Origin: Marsupella aquatica
Taxonomy: Eukaryota; Plantae; Marchantiophyta
Assembly: GCA_973895155.1 (NCBI GenBank)
Contig: OZ316896.1
Coordinates: 7,178,780-7,242,779, forward strand
Reading direction: 5' to 3'
DNA: 64,000 nucleotides
The translations under genes were made by a program, and so were the position numbers. The first letter of the stretch is position 1. Each line of letters begins with the position of its first letter. Of this stretch, positions 19,562 through 32,613 are shown piece after piece. Under the pieces are notes generated by a model. That model worked only from the letters and a program-made list of their open reading frames with translations. It was not told where the DNA came from and did not search any database.

Positions 19562-22060
19562 TGTCGCACCCATAACTCGGGCCTTAAATCCAAGTTAGTT
19601 CCCTAGGGCGACCTCGACCACCAGTAGGGGTGAGGGTTCGGGCAAGGAGGTGTGTAGCAGGCCCGATTAGTCCTAAGTCGGGCTAAGTCAATATACTTAA
19701 CGGTATAATACTTACGCAGCTCGTACTAGTCATAGGTATATTTGTTTTCCACCGCTGGAATATTCCCACAATTAGTGACTCGGACTAACTCCCGGCTTGG
19801 GGCTTTCAAGCCATCGATGCGACAGAACTTTGTGACATGCAATGGGTGGCAATCCCTACCATTAGTTCGCACCCAGTACGTCCCTTGAAATGGCGCCTTT
19901 TCCCGGACAAAGCATACACACAACACCAGTTACTCGTGGAAAAATCAGAGGGAAAAGACTATATTTACTCAGCGAAGAATCAGTTTACATAGTTGACTCG
20001 ACTTCTAAGGAGGTCAGCACGCCTAAGGCAGTCGATGCCCAATCTCTACGAGGCCCCGCCCCGCACTTGCCCAACAAGCTCGACTCTGGCTCTCACTCCT
20101 TAGTGCACTCTGACCCTGCTCAGGCCAGCACTCCCCGTGCCTCGCCTTTTCTTGCACTGAGATAACTAAGCCTTCTCCTCGTCCTCCAATGGAAGGGGAA
20201 GCCTAAATACTACGGTTGCAGAAAGGAACCAAAAGATACTACCTCCCGGGGTAATGCCTACTGTACTGAGTAACTACCTTTTGACTAACCGGCTGTACTA
20301 CCTCTGACCGATTGACCGTTAGTGGCGGCGGCACTGACCGCGGTGGCAATAGCCAAGTCTACTGACCAAAATCTAGTTTGTTGATGGACTCTATCCTATG
20401 TCAACCGATCCTAACTGATTCTGTCCTAATGCTTCCTATTGTGCCGCTAATCGATGCCTAATGACAACCATTCTGTCGTTAAGCCTAATCAAAAAGATGT
20501 TGTTGACTCAACTACCCCGCGCGGTGCTTGCTCACATCCTCTACTAACCACCCCTTACGTGTGTGCTGTGGTCGGGCCAGGGTTTGTCCCCTTTTCGGGA
20601 CAAGACCTCGAGCCGCCTTGATCAGAGGCGGGCCCAGGTCTTGCCCGCTGGAGGACGAGCAGAGTAATGCGGTCCTGCAAGGCCTTGTTGTCCCATACCG
20701 CCTCTTTTGCCTTGTTTGCAGCTTCATCGGCCTTGCTTAGGAGCCTTGCTACCTCCAGGTTGAGCTGGCCGATGGAGTCACAATGGGTCTGGTCCTGCGC
20801 CAGCAATTTATCTCGCTCGGCGGAGAGACTAGCCACATGCTGAGCTGATTGCAGGAGTTGGTTGTTGAGGTCGGACAGGCTGGTAACCCGAGCCGAGGAT
20901 TCTGAGCGCAACTGAAGCACGGTGTTGTCCCGCTTCTTGAGATCTGCTTGCGCCGTGCTCAACTCTTGGCTTAGTCCATCCCGTTGTTCAACAGTGTGGA
21001 CTAACTCCTCACGACGGGTAGTGGCCTCTTCTTCAAGGTGTTCCACTAGCATTTGGAGGCGCCCGATCTCGTTCCCCTTTGCCATGAGTTCTTCCTCCAA
21101 GGGGCTTACGATCCGCGGTTGGTGCTCTAACATGAAGAAGGCTGGTTGGAAGTACGCCATGACTTGTTGTCCGATGTATGTCGCCAGCTCCCCTGACATA
21201 GTCTGGCTAAACTTCTAGACCAGGTCGTAGGCCATGGTCCCTGGGGCTACTTGGTAGTCCTCCATCCTCTCGGGCACCGGTGGTTCCTCGGGCGGGGGGG
21301 GCGAGCTCCTCCGTAGTCTGCAATGGGGAGGGGAAGGTTTCTTTAGGTGGTGGAGGGATTGGGGGTGGTTGTACCGGGGGTAGCGAAGGCTTGACGGAAG
21401 GGGGTGGCGGAATTTCAACAGGAGGAGGTGACGGAGTATTAGTCGGGGCTCGGGGTTTGCCTGAGGCGTGGTAGTTTGCTCGCTCGAGGTAGCCTCCTCG
21501 GGAGCGGGGGTGGCGCTAGTCAGGGCTGAGGTGGCCATGTTCTTTCCCCTTGCCTCCCGCCGCGCTTTGTACTAGGCAAGGATGTTGGCGATGTGACTTC
21601 CTACGTAGGTCCTTCCCCCGATAGCCATACCTCCTTGAGCTTGCTTAAGCTGCCCCGAGAACCTACGGTAAAAGAATTGGGCCTAGTTCCGCCGTTTGTA
21701 CTATTCCACCTATACGATTGTATAGAGGGAGATCTTGGATTGTGGCTCAATCATGTGTAGGGTAGTCCGTATGAAGTTAAGCCGCTCCATATAGACCAAG
21801 TTGGTGCAGGACCCTTGCTTGTACCCGTTGTCTGTCTTACCCTCTGGTTTGAAGTGCCGAGGTGTATACTCCTTATCCCAAATTTGGAGTTCAACCAAAA
21901 TCGGCCTGGTTGGCAGACAAAAGATCTGTGCCAACCGATGCTCCGTGAGTGATAAGGTATGTCTTGAAACCTTGGTGGTAGATGTGTTAGTGTTGAAGTT
22001 GGATATGAACTCACAAACCTAGCTCCCTTGGTCCGGCTGCATTAGGTCTCCATAGCAAGT
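19562..22060 (-). mobile_element. Family D LTR-like unit (minus copy), 5' part lost at the LINE junction
   Basis: Inverted homologue of 12178-12678 and 18136-19338; terminus TGTCGCACC at 19562. Confidence 0.75.
20555..22060 (-). pseudogene. Family D LTR-encoded ORF, degraded
   Basis: LSLTEHRLAQIFCLP...DNGY...ERLNFIRTTLHMIEP...IGGRTYVGSHI aligns with family C MSLTEERLKMIFGLP...DNGF...ERLEFQRYALHMMEP...IGGKAYFASHI. A Pro-rich linker and coiled coil follow. Confidence 0.8.
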
Positions 22061-24011
22061 GAGCAAACTACTAGATGCTAGTGGCATGCCTTTGCTCCTT
22101 GGGGACACCATTCAGTTTACAGAGAGGGAGGTGAAGGTGCATCTTTCCCACATGCAACATGGGAAAGCTAAAGATCTGTTGGGCCTGAACTTGGAGCTTC
22201 TTTTGTGGGGAGGACCCTCTTTACTAACAAACTTGGTGCATGAGCTGAATCAAGCAATGGCTTTAGGTTTACCTAAAGCTTGGATGACCAGAAGAGTGGT
22301 GCCTATCTTCAAGGCAGGCAACAAGGACGATGTGCACAACTACAAAACCATCATGGTAGGCAATACTTTTGCTAAAGTTTTGGGAGGACTACTTGAAGCC
22401 AGATTAAGCTCTTGGTTGGAGAGTGAGATGAAAAGGGCACCTTCACAAGCAGGTTTTAGGAGAGAATTCAGCACTATGGATCACATTCTCTGCTTGAGGG
22501 TGTTGTGTGAAAAGGCCAAATCTCCACATAAACCATTATTTTGCTTGTTTGTGGACTTCTCCAAGGCCTTTGACAAAGTTTCCCGATCCAAGCTTTGGGA
22601 TAGGATGGTGGAGTTGGAAGTGCCTGAAGAGCTCAGGTTGGCTGTTTCTAAATTGTACCAAGAAGTGCGCATCAAACTTTCAAAGGAAACCTCTGAAGAA
22701 ATCTGGAGCACTCTTTGGGTGATCCAAGGTTGTCCTCTCTCACCAACTCTCTTTGGCATCTTCATTGATCAGCTACACAACATTTTGGAGGAGCATGGTG
22801 GAGTTGGCACTCAATTGGGTAGGTTTGTCCTCCAACTTCTTATATTTGCAGATGATGTGGTCCTACTTGCTCATGCTCAAGAAGCTTTGCAAAGGCATCT
22901 CAATGCCTTGGAGGAGTTTTGTCAAGCAACAGGGATGGTAGTCAACCTCAAGAAGACCAAGTGTTTGGGCATTGGCACACGACAAAATCCAGAGCTCTAC
23001 TTCCAAGGGAATCTGGTGGAATTTGTGAGGACCTACAAATACCTTGGGGTGGAGTTCTCTCAAAACTTGAGTTGGGCCTCATGTGTAAAATCTAGGGCTG
23101 CCAATGGGTACAGAGCTTTTTATGCATTCATGAACAAATGCAAAAGAGCTGGTCTACACACTTGGAGGTTAAGGAAACATCTATTTGGAGCTTTGGTGAA
23201 ACCAGTCATTCTTTATGGAGCACCAATTTGGGGAGCAGGTGTGTCTAAATCTGGGTGGCAACAGATTGAGGGGCTGCAAAAGCTATTTATTGAGATGGAG
23301 CTTGGGATCAAGTCACAAACCCCATATGCACTTACACTTGCAGAGGCAGGCTTGTTTCCTTTGGAGGTGGAGGCACTCTTCCACACACTCAAATACATCA
23401 TGCGTGTAAGAGAGTTGGAGGAAAACAGATTTCCTTTTCATGCCTTGCGCTCATCTTCAGCTACAGGGTGGTATGCAGATGTGTGCAGGTGGGCCCATGC
23501 TTGGGATTTTCCTGAACATGAATGGCCAACACACCCAACCAAGCTAGGAGCAAAACTTGAGCAAAAGGCTTTGCACAAACTTTGGCATGAACCTAGCCCA
23601 CGGCAGCAATACTACATGAGAGATGTGAACCCCATGAAGAAATATCGAGAACAAGAATACTTATCTAGCACTATCTCAGTACAACTTAGACAACTTATTG
23701 CTCAGTATAGACTAAGCTCACACCACCTTGAAGTAGAAGAAGGGAGATGGAAGGATATTGACAGGAAAAAGAGGGTTTGTCAACTATGTGATAGCTCTAG
23801 TATAGAGAATGAATATCATGTATTCATTGCTTGCAAGTTTTATGAGGGGGTTAGGATGGCATCTCAAATCTTGGTGAAAGATTTGTATGCATTGTTTGGT
23901 CTGCCCCCTCAGCAACTTGGAAGATATATCTTTGCGGTGGATAGGGAAAGGAGAATAGGTTTGGAAAATCTTTCAGGGCTCTCTAGGTCCATAGTTTCTT
24001 TGAGGACATAG
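22059..24011 (+). pseudogene. LINE ORF2 fragment: reverse transcriptase and C-terminal Cys/His motif
   Basis: QAGFR, FVDFSKAFD, QGCPLSP, FADD, YKYLG, and C-terminal EEGRW...RVCQLC...ENEYHVFIAC. The endonuclease domain is missing through truncation. Confidence 0.92.
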
Positions 24012-24142
24012 TTGTCCTCTTCTGAGCAATCTCTTTTGGTTGCTCTTTTCTTTGATTGCATTGTACTTTACTTTTTGTGGCAGCTCCTTTGACTTTCATG
24101 GTCCCGGAGCTTATAATACATTACCATTACCATTACCATTAC
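22060..24142 (+). mobile_element. 5'-truncated non-LTR retrotransposon (LINE, probably RTE-X clade) with (CATTAC)n tail
   Basis: RT ORF, ~110-bp 3' UTR, and four CATTAC units at 24119-24142. The 5' junction position is approximate. Confidence 0.9.
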
Positions 24143-24275
24143 TCCAACTGATGCTCCTTGAGATAGTCCGCGTGGTCTCGTTTCTTGATCGCTAGCAGAG
24201 GAGGGGCCCAAAATCCCAAGGGTCAAGGAGCTATATATCAACGAGGAGGGGTCCAAAATCCCAAGGCTGTAAGGG

Positions 24276-27200
24276 TCAAGGAACAATTCGGGAGAAATGT
24301 ATCCTCGGATTATTCAGAATCCGTCAGTACCTCCTAGGCCGAATGTGCAAAGATTTGCGGCATGTTATAATTGTGGTCAACCTGGCCATTTTGCTAGAGA
24401 ATGCCCGAATGCATGCAAACGAGGTGATGGACAACCAGCTCAGCTATGTATGGGATGCCAACAGGAGGGTCACATGCTAGGACAATGTCCTACTTGGTTG
24501 GCAGGACTTGCCGCAAATCATAAGCTCTTACCGGTCAAGGTCTTGCCTCCGGGTACTACCCCAGGAGGAGTTCAAATCAACCACAGAGGATTTGGATCAT
24601 AATTGCTACCGGGTCTCTACTCGATCCACCAGAAGGAAGGAAAGGTGGGATGGGCTGGCCAAAAATAAAGGGAAGGTTAAAGAAGAAAAGATTGACTCTT
24701 TGTCAACATCAACAGAAGGAGAAGGAAGGGCGCCGACAACACAGGTAAGCCATGAGCCCACCAGTGAGCCCAATCCTTCACAGGACAGCGACTTCAATCA
24801 AGACCACCCTAAGTTGTTTTACCCCTCTATTACGGCTAGTGTTAAGGAACAACTGCGAGAATTGGAAACCCTGGAGAATACCGAAGCCATAGCCAAGGAT
24901 GTGAAACGAGCAAAAGTGTTGTTTGCTTTGGAGGATCCAAGGGCTATGGAAACTAGCGTGAAAAAACAGGCCAAAGCCAATACAAAGACACCGGCAGAAG
25001 AGAAGCCGATAGTCCCCAATGACTTGGCTAAAGATGTACTAGAATCTAGAGTCTCGGCAACAGTAGGTCAACTATTGAAAAATAGCCCGTACTTCCGGAA
25101 GCAGTTAAGGAAAGCCATTCTTGGCAAGCCGAGATTACCCAAGGTAGCAACCAGATCCGACGTGCTGATGATAGAAGAAGATCAAGGAGCCCCAGCATTA
25201 CCATTAATGATTCAAGGAGAAATATTACTAAGGGTACCCATCGATGGAGGATCAGGGGTATGTATTATGATTGATTCAACAGCAAAAGGATGGGGACTAA
25301 CGCCGGAGATGACTGGAAGAGTGTTGAACATGGCCAATGGGTATCAGGTCATTCCCACGGGAGTGTTAACCGGCATCAAGACTGAGATAGGAGGGATCTT
25401 CTTTAGCATTAACTATGTAGTAATGAAGCCGGTAAACCCTACGTCATTTCGGCTATTGATTGGCAGGCCATGGCTGTATCTAGCCAAGGTAATAGAAGAT
25501 TCGGGGAAGAAGGAGTTCACTTTTGGAACCCCCGCTATCACGGTATCTTGGGACACCAAGGATGACCGTAGGAGAAGCATCAGGGAGGTAGACGGGTATG
25601 ACAGTGGACTGGAGTCAGTAGATGAGGTACGTTGGCTAGAATGCCTCACTAACCTGACCGAAGAAAGTATCTTTGGACCAGAAGTATCCCCCAGCGGACT
25701 ATGGCAAGAACCTATGGAGAGTGGCTTGGAGGAATGTGAAGACAAAACCGAGGACTGCTTTGCCATAGAGTCCACCTTTTTAGCTTCAATTCCGGAGGAA
25801 GCACAAAAAGTGGACCAATTGGATGAAACGGCTAAGTGGGGAGCAGCAACCGAGCCAGTGGATTTTCCTCAAGCGTTGTGGCAGAGCCGGCAGGATCCAC
25901 AATGCCGTCTATCATCGGCAATAAATTAAATACCAAGGAATCGGCATACAAGCCGATTACGAGGGTAGAACGAATTGAGGCCCTATTAGAAGCCGGAAGA
26001 GCACAGCGACCTGACCCTCAGGAGGTAGGAATGGATGAGATACACAGAAACAAGCCAGAGCCAAGGCCGGAAGGGAAGCCGACCACCAATTCAAAACCGA
26101 ATAGTCCGGCAAGGGGACACTCTGCGGATAACCAGGGAGAAACCGACTCGGCTAGTACGGCCGAGATTCCAGTTTATGGAGGTATGAGACTGGAGAGGCT
26201 GGAAGCCGAATTGGACCCAAACTTGAAGAAGCAGATTAATATGATCCAAGCACGGCAATACCGAAAGCTCGACTTAGGAGAAGGAAGGGAACTGAACTTA
26301 GGACAGGACCTAGCACCTGAGCTTGAGAAAGAAATCAGTGAATTACTGTTTGAATTTCAGGATGTGTTCGCATGGAGTCACCAAGACTTGAAGGGAGTAG
26401 ACCCAAAATTAGGAGAACATCAAATTGATCTCATGTTAGGGGCCAATCATTTCGACAACCAATTCGAAGGATGAACCCTAAGTATTCCATGGTCAAAACT
26501 GAAATTGACAAACTAGTGGAAGCCGGATTCATCACTCCAGTCCTACATTCAGACTGGGTGTCTCCAATTGTGATAGTTCCCAAGAAAGCTGGACCCGATG
26601 GTAAACCCAAGATCCGGGTTTGTCAGGATTACAAGAAGTTGAATGAGGCTACGTTAAAGGACCATTTTCCTTTACCCTTTACTGATATGGTACTAGACAT
26701 GGTAGCCGATCATGAATTATACTCATTCATGGATGGGTACTCTGGAGGACCAAATCAAGACGGCCTTCATCATGGAATGGGGGATCTATGTCTTCAATCG
26801 TATGCCGTTTGGACTCTGTAACGCACTAGCTATGTTCCAATGATTATTGGTGAACATTTTCCATGACTACTTGAGAAAGTTCACGGAAATCTTCATCGAT
26901 GACTTTGCAGTATTTGGGAAAGCATCGAAACATGCTAAATACCTAAGGAAGACCTTCATGAGATGCAGAGAGGTAGGTCTCAAGTTACACCCAGATAAAT
27001 GTTTCTTTGGAGTAATAGAGGGTGTACTGCTAGGGCACAAAGTATCGAAGAAGGGCATTGAGATTGACAAGGGTAAGCTAGCAGTATGGCTTGATATCAT
27101 GCAACCTAAAAACATAAAGGATGTGAGATCCTTCTTGGGGTGCATTGGGTATTATCACCGGTTCATCAAGGATTTTTCCAAGCTAGCTTTACCATTAACC

Positions 27201-28205
27201 AACATGCTCAAGGCAAGCGCAGACTTTGAACCCAGAGCAGAAAGAGTAATAGCTGTGGTGGAATTAAAGCAAAAGTTAGTGGAGGCCCCAGTCATGATAG
27301 CACCAGACTGGAACAAGGATTTTCATGTCTTCATAGATGTCTCAGGCTTCTGTATCGGCTCAGTACCAAGTCAGCTAGATGAGAAAGGAAGGGACCATCC
27401 CATATACTTTACAAGCTGCCAGCTTGCCGATGCCGAACGGAACTACTCCACCACAGAAAGAGAAGCTTTAGGAGTCATTTATTCATGTAAAAAGTTTAGG
27501 CATTATTTTCTAGGGTCTGAATGATATAATTAATCGTTTAAATGAGCAGTATTTAGTTAGACATACACCTACTACTCCTTACCACCCAAAGGCAAATGGG
27601 TTGACAGAACAAGCCAATGGGATTATAGGAAAAATATTAAACAAGACTGTAGCTCAGAACAAACTCGATTGGGATGATAAATTGTTTGCTGCTATTTTTG
27701 CTTACAATTTAGCCTATAAATCCACTACCGGTCATACACTCTTTTTCTTAACCTTTGGGCAGGAAGCTCTGGTACCCATGAAACTTGAGATACCTACATT
27801 TCAAATTACAATTGAGGAAAGAGTCTCTGAGGAGGAAAGCCTAAAGGAGCGAGAATATAGATTAGAAGCTTTAGAAGAAGCAAAAATGATTTCAGCCGAG
27901 AGAGTAGAATATAGACAGAATACCATGAAGCAGCAGTATGATAAAAGATTGAAACCAGTTAGTATCCACACAGGAGACTTGTATTACTTTATGATAGTAG
28001 GTATAGTAGGTTCCCAGGTAAACTTTACACTCGTTGGTTAGGACCCTTCAGGGTAAACATGAAGTTCTCCAATGGCTCCGTGCAATTGGCCAACATTACT
28101 GGAGAAATATACCCAGTTCGCATTCATTACGACCGTCTCAAGAAATACTATATGGACAAAGATGAAGTTGTTCGCGAGGACGCTTCACAATTAAGTGGGG
28201 AGCTA
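24276..28205 (+). pseudogene. gag-pol: Family B internal region B2: degraded gag-pol
   Basis: CYNCGQPGHFAREC, IDGGSG, FIDD, RNase H and integrase C-terminus, with frameshifts. Deletions near 24585, 26745 and 27517; the last removes the RNase H end and integrase N-terminus. Confidence 0.92.
28193..28205 (+). promoter_or_regulatory. Polypurine tract of B2
   Basis: AAGTGGGGAGCTA directly before TGTGATGCC. Confidence 0.85.
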
Positions 28206-29390
28206 TGTGATGCCTAGCCAGGAATCATTAGGCCAGTTAAAATAGTAAAATCAGGAGTGTACCCTAGGAAACACCTAAGTAGTATAGTAACAAAAACAGG
28301 GAAATATAAACAATTAAGGGTGACTATGGAACCCGAACCGAGGCCGAAAGTAAGGACGTCGGGGGAGGGAACACGATTAGGGCTAGGGCGCGCTAAGTAC
28401 CGGCGGCTATGGGTAACCAATGGGAAGGAAGACCAGCCAAGGGGGGGTAAGGACCGATCGCAAGGAATGGCGGCTCATTTGCAAGCACGAGCTGTCACGT
28501 CGTAGGCTTCGGCCTTAACTCAGACTTCAGCTTAGACGGGCACATCCCTCGTAAATCTGAGGGTTTGGGCAGGAAGGGAAGCACGTAATGCACCTTATTC
28601 TCGTAAACTAGCGCTAAGTGCGCATACTGCTAAATACAGACACCTCCTAGGTATGGTTTGTGTTCCGCCGCCGGAACGTACCTTAGTCGATAGCAAGATC
28701 GACCCCGGCTTAAGGGCTTCTAAGCCTTCGTGCTGTCCGCCTTCGATCCGGATTCGATGATACAGGTCCTCAACCCGTGCTCGCAACCACTTACCCGCAG
28801 GCTGCACCCTGTGCACGTCTCGGGTAGTGCGTTCGGCCCGGCGCTGCCACCCATATACGAGAAACCCACACACATATGCGCACACATGCATACAATCTCG
28901 ATTTACACGAAGGAAAAATGATGGGAAAGGATTTTACTACAAAGGGAACATATGCGTACACTTAGTTGACACGACAGCCCTGGAATGCACAGGTTCAAGG
29001 CCAAGAGTGCACACTACAACGGAGCCCGGCTCCGCACTCGCCCAGCGAGCTTAGTCCTACCCCCTCCCCTTGGTACTCTGTCATTCCCAGAGGTCGGGAC
29101 TCCCCGCATGTCCCGCGGATGTCCGACTCTGAAACTAAAACCCCCCCTTGCCTCTACCGAGGGGTGCACTAAATACTAAGAGCCAAGGAACGGGGCGTCC
29201 TCCTGCCGAAGATCCGCTGACCAAGGTCCTAACTAAGCTGACAGTCAGGCCGGAAAACGGCTGTGTCTTATTAGAAGATCCTAATCTACGCAGGCTGGAC
29301 AGCAGGGCAGCGCTGCTGTACCTAAGGCAGGTGCCTGTCCCAAGAGCCTGACTAAGCCAATCCTAATCCTAATCTATTCCTACTCCGCCG

Positions 29391-32046
29391 CTAATACCTG
29401 GCACGCTTGCCAGAGCCGCCCGAATGGGAACGGCCATCCCGCTGCCTTCGAAGCCTGTCATTGTCCGCTTTGAGGAGCTGGACCTGGTCTAGCAGAGATT
29501 CGTTCTCTCGCCTCGCCGCGTCCGTCTCCTCTGCTGCCTCCTGACATGCCTCCTCCAGCTGCTGGGCATCGCTCGTCAGTTTACTCGCCAGCTGGTCCTG
29601 CTTCTCGGCCTCGGTTTGGAGCCGCGCCATCTCGGCCTGCAGCGTGGCTATCTCCGTTGCGTCCCGCTGGGCTCGCTCCTCGGCCTCCTCCAGGTCTTTC
29701 TGCCAGGTGACAGCTTGTTTCTTCAAACTGTCAATCTGGTTCCGGAGTCGTGTAATCTCGGCCTCGTTCCCAGCTTTGGCCTGTTCGGCTAGGGCGGTAA
29801 GAGCGTACGCCTTTGCTAACAACTCATCGGCGGCTGCAACCTTGGGTCGTAGTTGCAGAAGCTCAGCCTCTTGAGCCGCCACTTCGTTCTTTAGGTACAC
29901 GGACTCCACCCGGTACCGCTCTATCCTCTGAAGGGCCTCCGACTGGGCCCGACCTGCCTTTACGGCGGCAACCAACTCCTGATTGAAGAAACAGGCTACC
30001 TTCCGGGCCATGAACTCCCCGGTATCCCGGGCAATTTGATGAGAGAAATCTCCTAGAAGCCCGTTCAGAAACGTACCCTGTACGAAGAGTTCTGGGTGGT
30101 CCAAGTTGTGCCTGTCCGGATTTGGGCACGGGCAGACATCAACACGCGCAGGGGCCGGGGCAGTGACGTCCAGCCCTGGGGACATAACGTTGGAAGGGGC
30201 TGGAGTGTCCTCCTGCAGCGATGTCCGGTTCTCCGGAATTGCCACCGGCGGGTCCTTGGGAGACCCGGGTTCGGGTAAGACCTCTGCCGTACCAACTTCT
30301 GTACTTAGCCTGGCTAGTTGGGTCGCATCAACGGTTGCGATGACCGACCCCTCCGGCGCCTCCTCGGTTACGATTACAGCTATTTGTGGAGGTGGGGTGG
30401 GTGAAGCTGGCGTGTCCACTGGACTTCGGGCCTCGGGTTGGGGCCGTCTCTCCAATGCCGGAAAAACCCACCTAGCTGGGACCAGCTTTGTAACGTTGAT
30501 GCGGGGAAGGGTTCGTCGATCAAACCGGGCGTACCACTCAAGAATGATTTCGATGTGGCTAGCGAAATACGCTTTCCCGCCAATGTACAGCGTCTTCCTT
30601 CGCCGCTCCATCTCTTCATGGAATTTCTTAGCGAAGTACGACGCCCATTTCCTAGGTCGATAGTTCTCGACCTGGATGACCTGGGCGGCGGAGATCTCCC
30701 CCCGGGGTTCCATCATGTGGAGAGCGTACCTCTGGAACTCCAGCCGCTCAGCTATCTCGGGCATGAGGCAGGTCCTCATCACGAACCCGTTGTCCACTGA
30801 TCCCTCTGAGGGAAAACTTGAAGATTGGTACTTGGCCCCCTTGCCCCCGGGAGCCCGTGATTCGACTCGATGGTCACCTTCGGGTAACCCGAAGATCATC
30901 TTGAGTCGTTCTTCTGTGAGGGACATATTCCTTCCCCGCAGCCGAGTCTGTTGACGTACGTCGTCATAATTCTTGATGAATTCTGTCATGTCCTCCCCGT
31001 AGTACCTGCAAGTGTTCCAGGGGAGAGAGGCGAGGTGCTCAAATCCCTGAGTCTTCAGGTACACCGCATGCTTGGGATGGAGGATGTTGCTGTGAACGTT
31101 TTCCCCCATGCGATGCATCGTTACCTTGGCTACGGCTACCGTGGCCAACGGTAACCCGGATGCACTGGCGGATTCCTTCCTCTTCTTTCCCCGTGACTGA
31201 CTCGGGGAAGGTGATACTTCCCCATCCTCCCGATCGGGCCTGGGGAGTGCCACCGCGGTTGGTAACGGGCCCGGGGCGGCCACGGTCACCATGTTGTCTG
31301 CTGGGGCCGCTCCTGGGGTCAGAGCAGGGGGTGGGGACGATATAGTGTCGGCCCCCCGAGCGCTCACTAACCTTATTGGCCTCCCAAGTGTGAGGAAGGA
31401 TCTGTGGGGTAGCCTCGTCGTCATCGCTAAGATCCACAGCGTTGATGACGGAGCGTACCTGTGCTGGCTGGGTGATAGGTGGTGGGGTTTGGCTAGGCCG
31501 CGGCTGAGGCTGAAGCTGAAGCTGAGGTTGCATGGGCACGGGTACGGGTACGGGTACGGGTCCGACTGAGTTGGTCATGTTGGTTGATGGCCGAGTTCCC
31601 ATGAAGCTCTATAGGTGCTGGTAGAAGTTCTCCGAAGCGAGTGCGGACGCCCTTGTCGAACAGTTGGTACTGGACTCGCCGTTAATGACAGCCCGAACCT
31701 GGGCAGGGATGTGGTCGAAGTGATGTCGCTGCAGGTCAATTGTACCCGGGATATTGAAGACCTCGTCCGGAAGCCGAAGCAATGCTTCCCAGAACCCGAT
31801 ATATTTGTCTCCGTTGAAGAAGTACCCACATACCTCAGCTGGTCGGTAAAGCTCGCTCTGAGACGGGTAGTCAAAGTTAAGGACGTAGTGGTGTCGTCCT
31901 GCTAGGCGGATGGCTCTCTCGTATTCGTGTTCGATCTCGTATTGGCGCGGGTTGGCGTGTTTCAATGAATCGGCCAAGTGCCTTCCGGTAGATAGGAACT
32001 GCGTCCAGAATTGAATGGCCGAGCTGGAGAGGATCGTGTGCGACAT
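29391..32046 (-). pseudogene. Family C LTR-encoded ORF (~885 codons ancestrally; one CAG>TAG stop near 31609 and one frameshift near 31400)
   Basis: The 145-aa, 187-aa and 677-aa ORF pieces join into one frame when compared with copy C2. Homologous to the B ORF. Confidence 0.85.
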
Positions 32047-32147
32047 TCAGAGGAGATAGTAGTGGCGACCTAGAGAGAACGAGAGAGCTGGGGTCGAAGC
32101 TGGCGCGCGGACTGATGGACTGGTGCACTACAAAGGGTTGGCTCCCC

Positions 32148-32155
32148 TTTTATAT
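32148..32155 (-). promoter_or_regulatory. Putative TATA box upstream of the C ORF
   Basis: ATATAAAAGGGG ~100 nt upstream of the ATG at 32046, followed by a CT-rich leader. Conserved in C2 (~56077-56084). Confidence 0.55.
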
Positions 32156-32613
32156 TTTGAGGGCTTGTCGATCCTCGACGTCTCCTCGACGCCCATAGGT
32201 TGAACCGCTCACGCTTGTGGTGTACCGGCCACTCCGCCGGTCTGAGTCAGCGTGTGTCAGTGGCCGCTTCCTTAAGTTCGTTATACGGACCCGAGGGAGG
32301 GGCCCCTCCACGCTCGTAACCCGGGTGTGCGAATAGCGACCCGCCGCCAGCCCGAACCTGAAGTCCCCCTTATTGCCTAATGATGTCCTACCCCTAATGA
32401 TTACCTAAATACTGTCGTTATGCTAATAATAGCGACCTAAGACCCTAAACCCTAATGCGCGTGCCGAGCGCAGTTAGACTGAATCACTCATTAACCGCCG
32501 TACCGGCGGCGTCACACGAGCCAAGCGGACGACTAAGGGAGGCCAACTACTGTCCGTTGCTCAGGCAAGCACTCGGAGTGGAAGCAGATACCGACAATCA
32601 AATCAAGAAGGGT

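Larger units (their letters stand above)
28493..32516 (-). mobile_element. Family C solo-LTR-like element C1 (4024 bp) carrying an ORF
   Basis: TGTCACG...GTCACA termini, perfect 5-bp TSD CGAGC (28488-28492, 32517-32521), no gag/pol, and a second copy at 52444-56442. Confidence 0.88.

Noticed and set aside
18136-20790. Foldback or TIR DNA transposon
   Set aside because: The arms are diverged D units whose CA termini face inward; there is no transposase and no outer TSD.
24119-24142. Telomeric repeat or CRISPR-like array
   Set aside because: CATTAC units occur only attached to the LINE 3' UTR and have no spacers.
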